NCBI GenBank assembly: GCA_021789945.1
Contig: JAJYIS010000002.1
Coordinates: 5,379 to 69,378, forward strand
DNA length: 64,000 nt
Direction of reading: 5' to 3'
Source: Thermoplasmata archaeon
GTDB taxonomy: Archaea > Thermoplasmatota > Thermoplasmata > UBA10834
The position numbers and the translations under genes were made by a program. The notes beneath the pieces were generated by a model, which saw nothing but the letters and a program-made list of their open reading frames with translations, ran no database searches and was not told the DNA's origin. This document shows, in pieces, positions 10,028 to 19,736 of this stretch (position 1 is its first letter; each line of letters starts with the position of its first letter).

Positions 10028-10650
10028 GTAGAATCACCAAGATATCTCTCTGACGCCAGCTTCCTTGCCTTCTTCAAGTCGCCCTCTTCGAGGGCCTTCC
10101 AGATCTGCTTGTCTCGAAGCACCCTGTAGATCACGTTTCGGCGCGAGGGCTGCGACAGCTTCGAGCCCTTCAGCCTGGCCCTGACATGCGCCTGGAGGAC
10201 CGCCATCCTGCCCCATTCCGGGCCGATGACCTTCTCGATCCGGAGGCGGACCGCCTTCGAGAGCGCAGGGCTCTCCCCTCTCGTGCTGATGCCGATGACG
10301 AGCGGCCCTCTCTGCACGTTCGACGAGAAGTATACCTCGGAGGCGGGATCGTCGACCGAGTTGCACATGATCGACCTCTTCCTGCACGAGCGGGCGATCC
10401 TGGAATTCTCAGCCGGGTCGTCGGTCGCGGCCACGACGAGGAACGCCCCGTCCATCGCCCGCAGGCCCTCGGACGAGCTGGCCATGACCCTCCTCGCTGG
10501 GAGCGAATCGAACCCACGGGAGAACGTCTTGCTGACGACCTTGACCCTCGCGCCGGCCTTGCAGAAGGTCCTCGCCTTCCTGAGGCCGACGCTGCCTCCG
10601 CCATATATGACGACGAGCTTGTCCTCGAAATCGATCATGAGGGGGACCAT
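10024..10650 (-). CDS. sirC: Precorrin-2 dehydrogenase / possible ferrochelatase (SirC/Met8p/CysG-B type)
   Basis: True start at MVPLMID within the longer ORF; VIYGGGSVGLRK, VAATDD, NSVDDP, ISTRGESPAL. Confidence 0.85.
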   Translation of the reverse strand: MVPLMIDFEDKLVVIYGGGSVGLRKARTFCKAGARVKVVSKTFSRGFDSLPARRVMASSSEGLRAMDGAFLVVAATDDPAENSRIARSCRKRSIMCNSVDDPASEVYFSSNVQRGPLVIGISTRGESPALSKAVRLRIEKVIGPEWGRMAVLQAHVRARLKGSKLSQPSRRNVIYRVLRDKQIWKALEEGDLKKARKLASERYLGDST

Positions 10651-10658
10651 CGAGCTCC

Positions 10659-11600
10659 TCAGACCATCACCCCCGTCTTCTTGAACTCCTTCAGGGTCCT
10701 CAGGACGACCCGGTCCGCGCCCGAGGTCAAATCGTCGCCCTGTGCGAGGAATGCCCCTAGCTCGTCCTCGGTCCGGACATGGACCATCGTGAACAGGTTG
10801 TATCTCCACTTGCCGGGAACCCTCACCCTCGCGTAGCAGTGGCTCACCATGGGCATGCGAGCAAAGGCGTCTCCGCAAGCAACCGTTGAGCCGTCGCCGA
10901 CGTCCCATGCCACCATCGCGTTCACGGCCAGCCCGACGGACTCGTGACGTAGGACCGCCCCGAACGACCGGAGCCCGCCCTCCGAGAGCATCTCCCTGAG
11001 CTTCGCCATCACGGCCCCCTCGCTGGTCCCAGCCTTCTCGGCGACCAGGGCGAACGGGCGTGGGACGATGTCGATCCCGTCCTCCATCGCCCTCAGTATC
11101 GGCGCATCGACAGGCCCGCGCCCCGAGGCCGATACCGGAGGGCCGAGCGGGGCCCTCAGCTTGAAGAACCTGACGGTCGGCAGCTCGATACAGTCCCTCG
11201 GGTGCACCGCGTCGGCCAAAGAGCGTAGCTCGGAATCGAGTTCTGCTCGGCCAGGAGCGCTGAGAGTGAACCACAGGTTGAACTCGTTGTCCCTGAGATA
11301 GCTGTGCGTCACGCCCCTGAGCCTCCCGACGATCTCCGCGGCCCTCTCGACCTCTCCCTGGCCGACCTTCATGCCGACGAGCGTGCTTGTCCTGTCCTTG
11401 AGCAGATGCTCTCCGAGCATGTACCCGACTCGCCGGACCGTCCCCGTCCTGACCAGCTCCCTAGTCCGGTCAAGGACCGCGTCCTCGGACATGCGGAGCC
11501 TCTCTCCGATCTCCCGGAACGGCCTCTCGACGACAGGGAACTTCAGCCGAAGCTCGTCCAGCAGGCGATGGTCGATGTCGGTCGAGTCAGGAGCGACCAT
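10659..11600 (-). CDS. ahbAB: Siroheme decarboxylase, fused AhbA-AhbB (two Lrp/AsnC-like repeats)
   Basis: Repeat 1 has HSYLR..FNLWFT (AhbA) and repeat 2 has SHCYAR...WRYNLFTMVH...EFKK (AhbB). Confidence 0.85.
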   Translation of the reverse strand: MVAPDSTDIDHRLLDELRLKFPVVERPFREIGERLRMSEDAVLDRTRELVRTGTVRRVGYMLGEHLLKDRTSTLVGMKVGQGEVERAAEIVGRLRGVTHSYLRDNEFNLWFTLSAPGRAELDSELRSLADAVHPRDCIELPTVRFFKLRAPLGPPVSASGRGPVDAPILRAMEDGIDIVPRPFALVAEKAGTSEGAVMAKLREMLSEGGLRSFGAVLRHESVGLAVNAMVAWDVGDGSTVACGDAFARMPMVSHCYARVRVPGKWRYNLFTMVHVRTEDELGAFLAQGDDLTSGADRVVLRTLKEFKKTGVMV

Positions 11601-11601
11601 A

Positions 11602-12618
11602 TCACCCCTTCTTCGGGACATAGACGCACCATGGATCCGGCAGGAGCGGGTCCCCCGTAAACGCGTATGCGCGCGCCCTGCAGCCGCCGCACACGTCGTT
11701 GAACTCGCAGACACCGCACTTGCCCTTCAACATGGAGTAGTCCCTGAGCTGGTGGAACAGCGGGGCGTCACGCCAGATGCTCTCGAAGCTCTGGTTCCTG
11801 ACGTTCCCGACCTCGATCGGCAGATACGGGCACGGATAGACACCGCCCTCTGGGCTCACCCTGCAGTAAGATATCCCCGCCAGGCATCCCCGGGTGTACC
11901 TCTCGACCGCGTCTCCCCCGTTCTGCTTCGCGACCCGCATGTACATCGGCGCGCAGGTCGGCTTGATGCGGATGCCAACCTCCTTCTCCAGCGGCAGGAG
12001 CTGCTTGAGCATGCTCTCGTACTCCGATGGGCGGATGTCCTCCAGGGACGCACCCCTGCCCGTCGGGACCAGGAAGAACAGGTGGAACTCGGCGGCTCCG
12101 AGCTGCTTCGCGGAATTGACCATGTCAGGGATCTGCTCGAGGTTGTTCCGGATGACGGTCGCATTGACCTGGAACTGGAGGCCGGTCTTCCTGCACGCGG
12201 CGGCGCCGCTGACGGCGGCCTCGAACGCGCCCTCCACCCTCCTGAGGGAGTCGTGCACCCTCGAGTCGCATCCGTCTAGCGATATCGCGACCCTCGAGAC
12301 CCCGGAGGAAATCAACTTCCTGGCGACATCCTCGGTGATCAAGGTGCCGTTCGTGCCCATCACGACGCGGAGCCCCCGGGAACGAGCATGGCTGGCGAGT
12401 TCGAATATGTCGTCCCTCATGAGCGGCTCGCCACCGCTCAGGACGAGAATGCATTTCGAGACCTGCGAGATGCCGTCGATGAGGCTCTTGCCCTCTTCAG
12501 TCGAGAGCTCCTCAGCGCCGGGCAGGTCCTTCGCATCCATGTAACAGTGAGCGCACTTCAGGTTGCATCGGTTAGTGGTGTTCCAGGAAAGTATCCTCGG
12601 TTGGAAGCTTCGCGCTAG
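11602..12618 (-). CDS. ahbD: Radical SAM/SPASM heme b synthase (AhbD/NirJ2); start codon unresolved
   Basis: The frame extends upstream of the ORF-track Met to include PRILSWNTTNRCNLKCAHCY; also LVPTGRG, PTCAP, GCLAG and SPASM cysteines. Confidence 0.82.
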   Translation of the reverse strand, partial: LARSFQPRILSWNTTNRCNLKCAHCYMDAKDLPGAEELSTEEGKSLIDGISQVSKCILVLSGGEPLMRDDIFELASHARSRGLRVVMGTNGTLITEDVARKLISSGVSRVAISLDGCDSRVHDSLRRVEGAFEAAVSGAAACRKTGLQFQVNATVIRNNLEQIPDMVNSAKQLGAAEFHLFFLVPTGRGASLEDIRPSEYESMLKQLLPLEKEVGIRIKPTCAPMYMRVAKQNGGDAVERYTRGCLAGISYCRVSPEGGVYPCPYLPIEVGNVRNQSFESIWRDAPLFHQLRDYSMLKGKCGVCEFNDVCGGCRARAYAFTGDPLLPDPWCVYVPKKG

Positions 12619-12679
12619 CGATCTTCTCCCCCCTCAAGTAAACAACGTTAATCCGGAGTCTGGCGAGCTAATGCTCGAT

Positions 12680-12698
12680 TGTATATTAACCCTTTTCC
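12680..12698 (-). promoter_or_regulatory. BRE/TATA promoter of the heme operon
   Basis: Minus strand GGAAAAGGGTTAATATACA lies about 50 nt upstream of the GAGGGGG SD-like run. Confidence 0.5.
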
Positions 12699-12864
12699 GA
12701 CAGGATTCGGTGGATTCGTCATGGCCTCCACTTGTGTGCCTCGTCGCTCCAGCAGGTCGGTCTTGCCGAGCAAAAGGTCCCACCTGCCGTTGATTGACCA
12801 GTCACTCTACATCCGGCCGGAAGATCACATGAGGGCGCGAAGGACGGCGCAAACGATCAAGCAT

Positions 12865-15801
12865 CTACGAACTGGTCCTCTTCTTGGTCCTGGAGACATA
12901 TCCGATGGAGGCGAAGACCGCGAGCATCCCGATCACTCCGAACAGCACGCTCGACATCTCGGGTATCTCGATGTCCGTGACCTGGACGTTTGCCTGGGTC
13001 TCGCCCGTCAGCCCGCCGCTGTCCATGACCTGGAGGACGACGGTGTAGTTCCCAGGGGTCGTGAACTGGTGGTACGCGATCGGGTCCGAGGACCAGCCGG
13101 TGTCCCACACACCATCGCCGTTCCAGTCCCACCTGAACTGCAGCGCCGAGAGTGGGTCCTGGGCGTCGGTAGAGGACGAAGCGTCGAACACGAACACCTG
13201 CGTGATGTTCCCGTAGTACGAGTCGACGATGAACGACGCATTCGGAGGCGTGTTCGGGACGGGGAAGGCGTCCGAGAAGACGAACGACAGGTTCGTGGAC
13301 GCGTTCCAGAAGTAGGAGACATAGACAGTGTTGCCCCTGATGTCGTACCCGACGTCCATGATGCGCTTCCCGCTCAGGTTCCTCAGCGAGCCGTCGCTCA
13401 TCAGCAGCGTCCGGTTGCCCTCGGTGATGTTGATGTCCGCCAGGTGCCTGCCGGTGGCGTTGAAGGCGATGGTGACCGGCACGCGCCAGTATCCGGCGGC
13501 GATCGGGTTGGCCCTTGACACGGTATAGGAGGTGACTGTGGAGTTCGACAGGTAGGGGTCGTACACGACATCGGTGGACCAGCGACCATAGACGTAGCTG
13601 GCGACCTCGCCGTCAGTCGCCTTCCAGTTCTCGTAGGTGAAGTTGGTCTTCGGGTTGTCGATCCAGTGCAGCAACATCGTGACAGTCGGGCTCGGGCTGA
13701 CCACTCCATGGTTGTATATCCTCTGCACGCCCCCGTGAGACGCCGTCCAGAAGATGTTCTGCCACTCAGAGGATGACCAAGTCGCATCATCCGTGTTGGG
13801 ACCGCGGGCGGCGTCCATGAGGTCATACGGGGTGTATGGGTACCACTGAGAGTCAGGAGCGCCCCACCTCGGCGCGAGAGGCTGTATCCTGGGCCCGTAC
13901 CACGAGCCCACCAGCGAATGGTTTCCGGGAGCGCCGTTCGCAAAATTGCTCGTGAACCCCATTATCCTCGTGCCCCTGGCATACTCCGCATACATCATCT
14001 CCCAGGAACCCGAGTTCCCGGGACATGCGATCGTGATGTAGGAATCCCCAACGCCGACATAGGCTGGATTATCCCATCTGCTCGCGTAGGTGTAGGTATT
14101 CTCGAGGGCCGTGTGCCCGACGTCTGAGGCGTTCACCGCAGCGTCCCAGAACCGGGTCGGCCACTGAGTGTAGTCGTGCGGCCAGTGGAGCGCGATCTCC
14201 GATTGGGTCGCGAGGATGTCCGATGAGCTGCCTCCAGGTGACGCGCTCATGATGTAGCTGGTCGTGGGGTGGTTGTAGCCGACGTAGGCGTCCACCGCGG
14301 CAGTCGCGTTGGTCGAGTCGTCCCTTCCGAAGACCGAGGCCCAGGCCCACCCGTTCCACCACAGCGGAAGCGAGACTTTCTCGTTGGTCAGATTGGCCAT
14401 CATGGTCACGTACATTCTGTCCTTGACGGTGACGCCATCCGAGGTCACGGAGTAGTTGACCGGCTCGTTCCAGTCGACAGGCAGCGCCAGGTCGGCCTCG
14501 TACCTCTGCCTGGCGGCGTTGAACGATGCGCGCACGCCGCCGATGGTGACCGCCGCGTCGGGCATGACGTTCCCGCCGATGTCCGTCAACGATATCCAAA
14601 CGGGGTCGCCCTTGGTGACGTACTCGTATACGGGTCCGGCCTCGGGGTACCGCGAGTTGAGGCCCCTGAAGCCCAGGTTGTCGATCATCCAGTACCCCAG
14701 CTGACCGTAGGTGTACGCGACCGGTATCTGAGCATCCGTCACGAACCTCAGCTTGAAGTCGCTCGGCATCGCGACCGGCAGTGTCACGGTCGCCGATCCC
14801 ACGATGCCGTCCCCGGTGTGGAATACAGTGATGTTGCAGGTCGATGAATTGTCGACAGAGCTGAATGAGACAGTGTATCTGTCGGGCTGGAAGCCGTATA
14901 TCGATTCGGAGAGCTGAGGCGTGCCCTGGGAATCGTCGTGCCTGTTCGGATACGAAGGTATCAGGTTGCTCGTCAGGTTGGACCAGGTGCCACTGCTCGC
15001 ATCGAACGCCCGGACCCTCTCGACCCCGGCAGAAGAGTTCCCCACGTAGAGCGAGACGGCGGTGAAATTGACCGTATCGTTGCACAGGTAGATTATCAGA
15101 CCGTTCGTCGGAACGGGCCTGTAGACGGCCGTGTACGATGCCGACTCCCTCGTCGGGTACACCTCCGCAGACAGGTTCCATCCTAGCCCATCGTTCACCT
15201 TATTGGGCTCGAAGGACACGATCGTCTCGTTGTACTGGTTCTGCCTCGAGAACGTCGCCAATGTCCCGTCAAGGACGACGGACTCTTGGTCTGAGTCGGC
15301 GGTGATTAGTTTGAGCCTGCCGCTGGACAACGCGATGCTCGATGGGTTGTGCGTGCCCGTAGGAAGGTCGTACAGGGTCTGGATGGACCCCCAATAGCCC
15401 TGCTGCCTCACGTCCATGGTCCAGTTGATGAAGTCGTAGCTGTTGGTATCGTTCACCGTCAGGTTCGCCCAGACGACAGAAGAGGTCACCGGTACCCCTG
15501 ACAGCTCGCAGTAATTGGACCCGGTCCCCCCGGCGAGGATGGACAGCCAGGAAGCATTCGTCAGGAGCGTCCATGTCACCGAGCCGTTGTCCGGGCCCGA
15601 CGATGAGAAGTTGTAGTCGTACGCCTGGCCCACGATGGCTACGTTCGCAGGAGACGGCGAGAGCAGGTGAGGGTCACCGCCGAGTATCAAGCTGGAGGCG
15701 GGATTGGCGCTTCCCTGACCGACGAACAGAAGGGAGGCCGAGGGGACTACCATCAGCGCGACGAGAGCGACAGACGTTGCTAGTCTTCGGGGCGAGTTCA
15801 A
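12865..15801 (-). CDS. Large secreted surface protein: Ig-like, NodB/polysaccharide deacetylase-like and PKD domains, with a PEF-CTERM-like anchor
   Basis: N-terminal signal peptide; FGRDD, EIALHWPH, CPG, YNHG and WKATDGEVASY; PKD FDASSSTD..WDWNGDG..PGNYTVVLQVMD; IPEM + TM + RTKKR tail; many NxS/T sequons. Confidence 0.7.
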   Translation of the reverse strand: MNSPRRLATSVALVALMVVPSASLLFVGQGSANPASSLILGGDPHLLSPSPANVAIVGQAYDYNFSSSGPDNGSVTWTLLTNASWLSILAGGTGSNYCELSGVPVTSSVVWANLTVNDTNSYDFINWTMDVRQQGYWGSIQTLYDLPTGTHNPSSIALSSGRLKLITADSDQESVVLDGTLATFSRQNQYNETIVSFEPNKVNDGLGWNLSAEVYPTRESASYTAVYRPVPTNGLIIYLCNDTVNFTAVSLYVGNSSAGVERVRAFDASSGTWSNLTSNLIPSYPNRHDDSQGTPQLSESIYGFQPDRYTVSFSSVDNSSTCNITVFHTGDGIVGSATVTLPVAMPSDFKLRFVTDAQIPVAYTYGQLGYWMIDNLGFRGLNSRYPEAGPVYEYVTKGDPVWISLTDIGGNVMPDAAVTIGGVRASFNAARQRYEADLALPVDWNEPVNYSVTSDGVTVKDRMYVTMMANLTNEKVSLPLWWNGWAWASVFGRDDSTNATAAVDAYVGYNHPTTSYIMSASPGGSSSDILATQSEIALHWPHDYTQWPTRFWDAAVNASDVGHTALENTYTYASRWDNPAYVGVGDSYITIACPGNSGSWEMMYAEYARGTRIMGFTSNFANGAPGNHSLVGSWYGPRIQPLAPRWGAPDSQWYPYTPYDLMDAARGPNTDDATWSSSEWQNIFWTASHGGVQRIYNHGVVSPSPTVTMLLHWIDNPKTNFTYENWKATDGEVASYVYGRWSTDVVYDPYLSNSTVTSYTVSRANPIAAGYWRVPVTIAFNATGRHLADINITEGNRTLLMSDGSLRNLSGKRIMDVGYDIRGNTVYVSYFWNASTNLSFVFSDAFPVPNTPPNASFIVDSYYGNITQVFVFDASSSTDAQDPLSALQFRWDWNGDGVWDTGWSSDPIAYHQFTTPGNYTVVLQVMDSGGLTGETQANVQVTDIEIPEMSSVLFGVIGMLAVFASIGYVSRTKKRTSS

Positions 15802-15979
15802 AACAGGCAGCCTCCCAGGACGTTCCCAGTTTGTCTGACCAGGGTCTGAAGCGAACTATGATACCACAGCTATATTTGACTTTGCCCTGCAAGACGTACA
15901 TCTGGCATACTTGCTCCGATGACCCCCGGGAGGCCGCCGGAAGGCGACCGATTGCCACGGAGCGGCCCGCCGCTGGACT

Positions 15980-16375
15980 TCACCCGGTCTGCCTCGCGGT
16001 CGATATGAACTTGATCGACCGGACCCCGCGCACCTTCCGAATCTTGCCGAGGATCTCCCGGAGCCGGGCGTTCTCGCCGCGAGCGATGAACACTTCCATG
16101 CACTGCCCCTTCTCGAGGTGCAGATGGAGCATCATCTGGATCTCCTCGTATCGGTGCTGGAGGACTGACAGCTCCCCTCGAGGGCCGATCTCGTCGTAGA
16201 TCATCGTGATGACTATCTGGTTCTCGCCCTCGGAACTCTCCCACTCGGTCTCATCCACGAACGACCTCATTGCTTCGCGCATCGCATCCGAGCGGGTCCT
16301 GAACCCCCTTGTCGTCAGGGCCTCGTCGAATCTGCCCAACAGCTCACCAGGAACGGACATGCTGACAATGGTCAT
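15980..16375 (-). CDS. nikR: NikR-family nickel-responsive regulator (ribbon-helix-helix)
   Basis: IVSMSVP..LL..FD....RG...RSDAMR; metal ligands QH..HLH....CME retained. Confidence 0.78.
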   Translation of the reverse strand: MTIVSMSVPGELLGRFDEALTTRGFRTRSDAMREAMRSFVDETEWESSEGENQIVITMIYDEIGPRGELSVLQHRYEEIQMMLHLHLEKGQCMEVFIARGENARLREILGKIRKVRGVRSIKFISTARQTG

Positions 16376-16452
16376 GTGATCAGCCGACCAAGGAGCATTT
16401 CCGCTGGTATTTCTATGTTATTAACGGATCGGCCTGCGTCGAATAAGGCCCT

Positions 16453-17121
16453 TCACAACCTCTTCAAGGACTTCAGGATAGACTCCGGGTGCGTAACCAG
16501 GGCCGCCCTGACCTCCTCGGGGAGCATGCCCGCCCCTCTCGCAACGGTCGTCGCGAAGGCCATCGTGCTCAGGTCGTCGGGAGAGTGGGCGTCCGTGTTC
16601 ACGAGGAGCTTCGCCTTTGACTCCCGCGCCATCTGGACGACATAGCCGTTGCCGAGGGAGTGCCCCTTTCTGCAGGATACCTCGAGGAACACCCCGTTCT
16701 TGGCCGCCAGCTCGGCCTCATCAATCGTCAGCATGCCCGGGTGCGCGAGTATGTCCACCTCCGGATTGGAGACGGCCTTCAGGTTGGTGCCCTTCTCGAC
16801 AGGCTCCACAGGGGTCTCACCGTGGATGACTATGAGTTCGGCGCCGGCCTTGCGCGACTTCCTGATCGCGTCGTCCATGTGCTTGACGGGCACGTGCGTC
16901 AGCTCGACCCCGGGGATCGCCTCAATGCCCCACGCCTCGGCCTTCTCGCAGTCCTTCGTCACGGACTCGACTATCCAATCGATGTTGGAGAAGGAGGTGT
17001 GATCGGTGATCGCTATCGCCCTGTGGTCCGAGTACGCCGCCCTGCGGATCAGCTCCATCGGCAGGAGCTCGCCGTCGCTCATCGTCGTGTGCATGTGGAA
17101 GTCGCATCTGCGCGCCCTCAT
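16453..17121 (-). CDS. PHP-domain hydrolase, candidate histidinol-phosphate phosphatase
   Basis: DFHMHT..SDGEL, AITDH, GVELTH, HGET, LAHPG, NTDAH; ATGA-coupled to hisIE. Confidence 0.8.
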   Translation of the reverse strand: MRARRCDFHMHTTMSDGELLPMELIRRAAYSDHRAIAITDHTSFSNIDWIVESVTKDCEKAEAWGIEAIPGVELTHVPVKHMDDAIRKSRKAGAELIVIHGETPVEPVEKGTNLKAVSNPEVDILAHPGMLTIDEAELAAKNGVFLEVSCRKGHSLGNGYVVQMARESKAKLLVNTDAHSPDDLSTMAFATTVARGAGMLPEEVRAALVTHPESILKSLKRL

Positions 17122-17696
17122 TTCCTTCTGCCCTCCAATTCGGTGTAGATGTCCTGCATCGATATGCCCTCGTCGTACAAAAGGACCATCAGGTGGTACA
17201 GGAGGTCGGCCGACTCGTAGATGACCTGCTCCCTGCTCCGGTCCTTCGCTGCGAGGATCACCTCGGAGCTCTCCTCGCCGATCTTCTTGAGGAGCAGGTT
17301 CCTGTTCTTCAGGAGCTTGGCGGTATAGCTGGATTCCGATCCCTTCGACCTCCTGTCTTCGAACACCTTCCAGAGGACAGAGACGATGTCGCCCGGAGGG
17401 ACAGGGTCCTTCGAGAAGCACGAGTAGTTGCCCGTGTGGCACGCGTTGCCCGTCTGCTCGACCCTCGCCAGCATCGCGTCCCCGTCGCAGTCCGTCTTCA
17501 GCTCCACCAGCTTCTGGACGTTGCCCGACGTCTCGCCCTTCTTCCACAGGGCGTCCCTCGAACGGCTCCAGTAGTGCATGTACCCGGTCTGCTTCGTCAG
17601 CGCCAAGGACTCGTCGTTCATGTACGCCAGCATCAGGACGTTGTTGTTCTTGACGTCCTGGACCACTACCGGTATCAGACCTCCGTCCCCGCTCAT
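17118..17696 (-). CDS. hisIE: Bifunctional phosphoribosyl-AMP cyclohydrolase / phosphoribosyl-ATP diphosphatase
   Basis: [42 protein letters not shown]. Confidence 0.95.
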   Translation of the reverse strand: MSGDGGLIPVVVQDVKNNNVLMLAYMNDESLALTKQTGYMHYWSRSRDALWKKGETSGNVQKLVELKTDCDGDAMLARVEQTGNACHTGNYSCFSKDPVPPGDIVSVLWKVFEDRRSKGSESSYTAKLLKNRNLLLKKIGEESSEVILAAKDRSREQVIYESADLLYHLMVLLYDEGISMQDIYTELEGRRK

Positions 17697-18463
17697 GTCT
17701 CCACGACCTTCCTGACCAGGATGCCTTCGGCCTCGAGCGCCCTCTTCACGTCAGCGACCGTGAGCTCGCCGTAGTGGAATATCGAGGCCGCGAGGGCCGC
17801 GTCCGCCTCCCCGCGCTTGAGGACATCGACTATGTGCTCTGTCCTTCCGCAGCCGCCGGACGCGATCACGGGCACATGCACTGACCTCACAACCGCGCGC
17901 GTCAGCTCGATGTCGTACCCGTTCTTCGTGCCGTCGGCGTCCATGCTCGTGAGGAGTATCTCTCCTGCCCCGCGCTCCGCGGCCTCCTTGGCCCACGCGA
18001 CCGCGTCCAGCCCGGTCGCCCTCGATCCCGAGCGCGTATAGACCTCCCATCCGTCACCCTTCCTCTTAGCGTCGATAGCGACGACGACGCATTGGCTCCC
18101 GAACGCCTCGGCGCACCTGGAGATCAGCTTCGGGTCCTCTACCGCCGCAGAGTTGATCGATGCCTTGTCCGCGCCGGCCAATAGGTTGGCCCGCACGTCC
18201 TCGAACGACCTGATGCCGCCTCCGACCGTGAGCGGGATGAACAGGTTCTCGGCGGTCTTCCGGACCGCGGACCTCATCGTCCCGAGGCCCGATACGGAGG
18301 CGTTCACATCGAGGAACACGATCTCGTCCGCGCCCTGCCTCTGGTACTCGACTGCGAGTGTGGGCGGGTCCCCCACGCTCCTGAGGCCCTTGAAGCATAT
18401 CCCCTTGACCACGGCCCCGTCCTTGACATCGAGGCAGGGGATGATGCGCTTCGTCAGCGGCAT
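17693..18463 (-). CDS. hisF: Imidazole glycerol phosphate synthase, cyclase subunit
   Basis: [38 protein letters not shown]. Confidence 0.95.
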   Translation of the reverse strand: MPLTKRIIPCLDVKDGAVVKGICFKGLRSVGDPPTLAVEYQRQGADEIVFLDVNASVSGLGTMRSAVRKTAENLFIPLTVGGGIRSFEDVRANLLAGADKASINSAAVEDPKLISRCAEAFGSQCVVVAIDAKRKGDGWEVYTRSGSRATGLDAVAWAKEAAERGAGEILLTSMDADGTKNGYDIELTRAVVRSVHVPVIASGGCGRTEHIVDVLKRGEADAALAASIFHYGELTVADVKRALEAEGILVRKVVET

Positions 18464-19029
18464 CAGCCGGCCCTCCATCTGACGGTCGACTTCGTCGATA
18501 CCACGGTCGGGGACAGGGACATCGCATCCTTGAGCGCCATGCCCAGGGCCTTGAAGGTCGCCTCCACGATATGGTGAGGGTCCTTCCCACGGATCACCAT
18601 CGTGTGCAGAGTGGCCCTCAGCTCCATCACGAAGGATCGCAGGAAGTGCTCGTACATCTGGTCCGGCAGATCGATGTGCACGAACGGCCGGTCGATAAGG
18701 TCGACAGTGACCTGCACCAAGGCCTCGTCCATCGGCACGGTCGCGCTCGCGATGCGTTTGACCGGGGTGACACCCATGGCCTTTGCATAGGCGCGGCCGA
18801 CGGCGATCGCCACGTCCTCGATCAGGTGATGCTCGATGTCGCCGCGCGCGTATATGCGCAGATCCGCGCCCGAGTACCTCGCAAGGGTCTCGATCATGTG
18901 CCTCAGGAACGGGTCCGGGATGTCGCACCTGCACTCTCCCGCGCCGTCGAGTTCCACCTTGACGCGCACCTTCGTCTCCTTCGTCTCCCGGGTCAGCTCG
19001 GCAGCCCTGCCCTGCCTCTTCGCGATCAT
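18463..19029 (-). CDS. hisB: Imidazoleglycerol-phosphate dehydratase (monofunctional)
   Basis: [33 protein letters not shown]. Confidence 0.92.
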   Translation of the reverse strand: MIAKRQGRAAELTRETKETKVRVKVELDGAGECRCDIPDPFLRHMIETLARYSGADLRIYARGDIEHHLIEDVAIAVGRAYAKAMGVTPVKRIASATVPMDEALVQVTVDLIDRPFVHIDLPDQMYEHFLRSFVMELRATLHTMVIRGKDPHHIVEATFKALGMALKDAMSLSPTVVSTKSTVRWRAG

Positions 19030-19736
19030 CTGAAGAACCTCACCGCCTTCTTGAAATCGATGTTGCCAGTGTATATCGCCATCCCCACGACCGCGGAGTG
19101 CACGCCCATCATCCTGAGCTGGTCCAGGTCGCTCATGCTGGTTATGCCGCCTGACACGATGAGCGGCTTCTCGGTCGACTCACGCAGGGCCCTGATCGGG
19201 ACCGGGTCTATGCCGGCGAGCCTGCCCTCGACCTCGACGTTGGTGTACAGGAAACCGAATATCGGGAGGTCGGACAGGTCTTCCGCAAGCTCTAGCAGGT
19301 CCTTCCCCGAGCCTTGCTGCCATCCCTCGACCATCACCTCGTTCGCGACGGAGTCCACGGCCACGACTATGCCCTCAGAATACTGGCGCGAGAGCTCTTC
19401 CACGAATTTGCGGTCCCTGACGGCCTTGGTACCCACGACTATGCGTTCGCACCCGACGTCGAACAGCCTCTGGGCCTGCTCGAGCGTCCTGATGCCTCCG
19501 CCGACCTGAACGGGTATCGACAAGTCCGCTGCGATCATCTCGATGATGCCGACGTTGTTCCCCGTCCCCAGGGCGGAGTCGAGGTCGATGATGTGAATCA
19601 TCTCGGCGCCATCGGTCTGCCATCTCCTGGCCACGCCGAGGGCGTCGTCTATGCTGACCTTCTCCGTGCCTGGCTTTCCCCCCACGAGCTGCACGCACTT
19701 GCCGTCCTTGATGTCCAGCGCCGGCAGGACCTTCAT
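19026..19736 (-). CDS. hisA: ProFAR isomerase
   Basis: [30 protein letters not shown]. Confidence 0.93.
   Translation of the reverse strand: MKVLPALDIKDGKCVQLVGGKPGTEKVSIDDALGVARRWQTDGAEMIHIIDLDSALGTGNNVGIIEMIAADLSIPVQVGGGIRTLEQAQRLFDVGCERIVVGTKAVRDRKFVEELSRQYSEGIVVAVDSVANEVMVEGWQQGSGKDLLELAEDLSDLPIFGFLYTNVEVEGRLAGIDPVPIRALRESTEKPLIVSGGITSMSDLDQLRMMGVHSAVVGMAIYTGNIDFKKAVRFFR

Noticed and set aside
10024-11274. 416-aa ORF as one protein; similar long N-terminal extensions on hisF, hisA, hisC, the PHP gene, the ABC ATPase and the Ntn-hydrolase
   Set aside because: The extensions overlap upstream genes in another frame. True starts are internal ATGs coupled to the upstream stops.
16395-16440. 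NikR operator upstream of nikR
   Set aside because: AT-rich but without a convincing inverted repeat; explained as a promoter.
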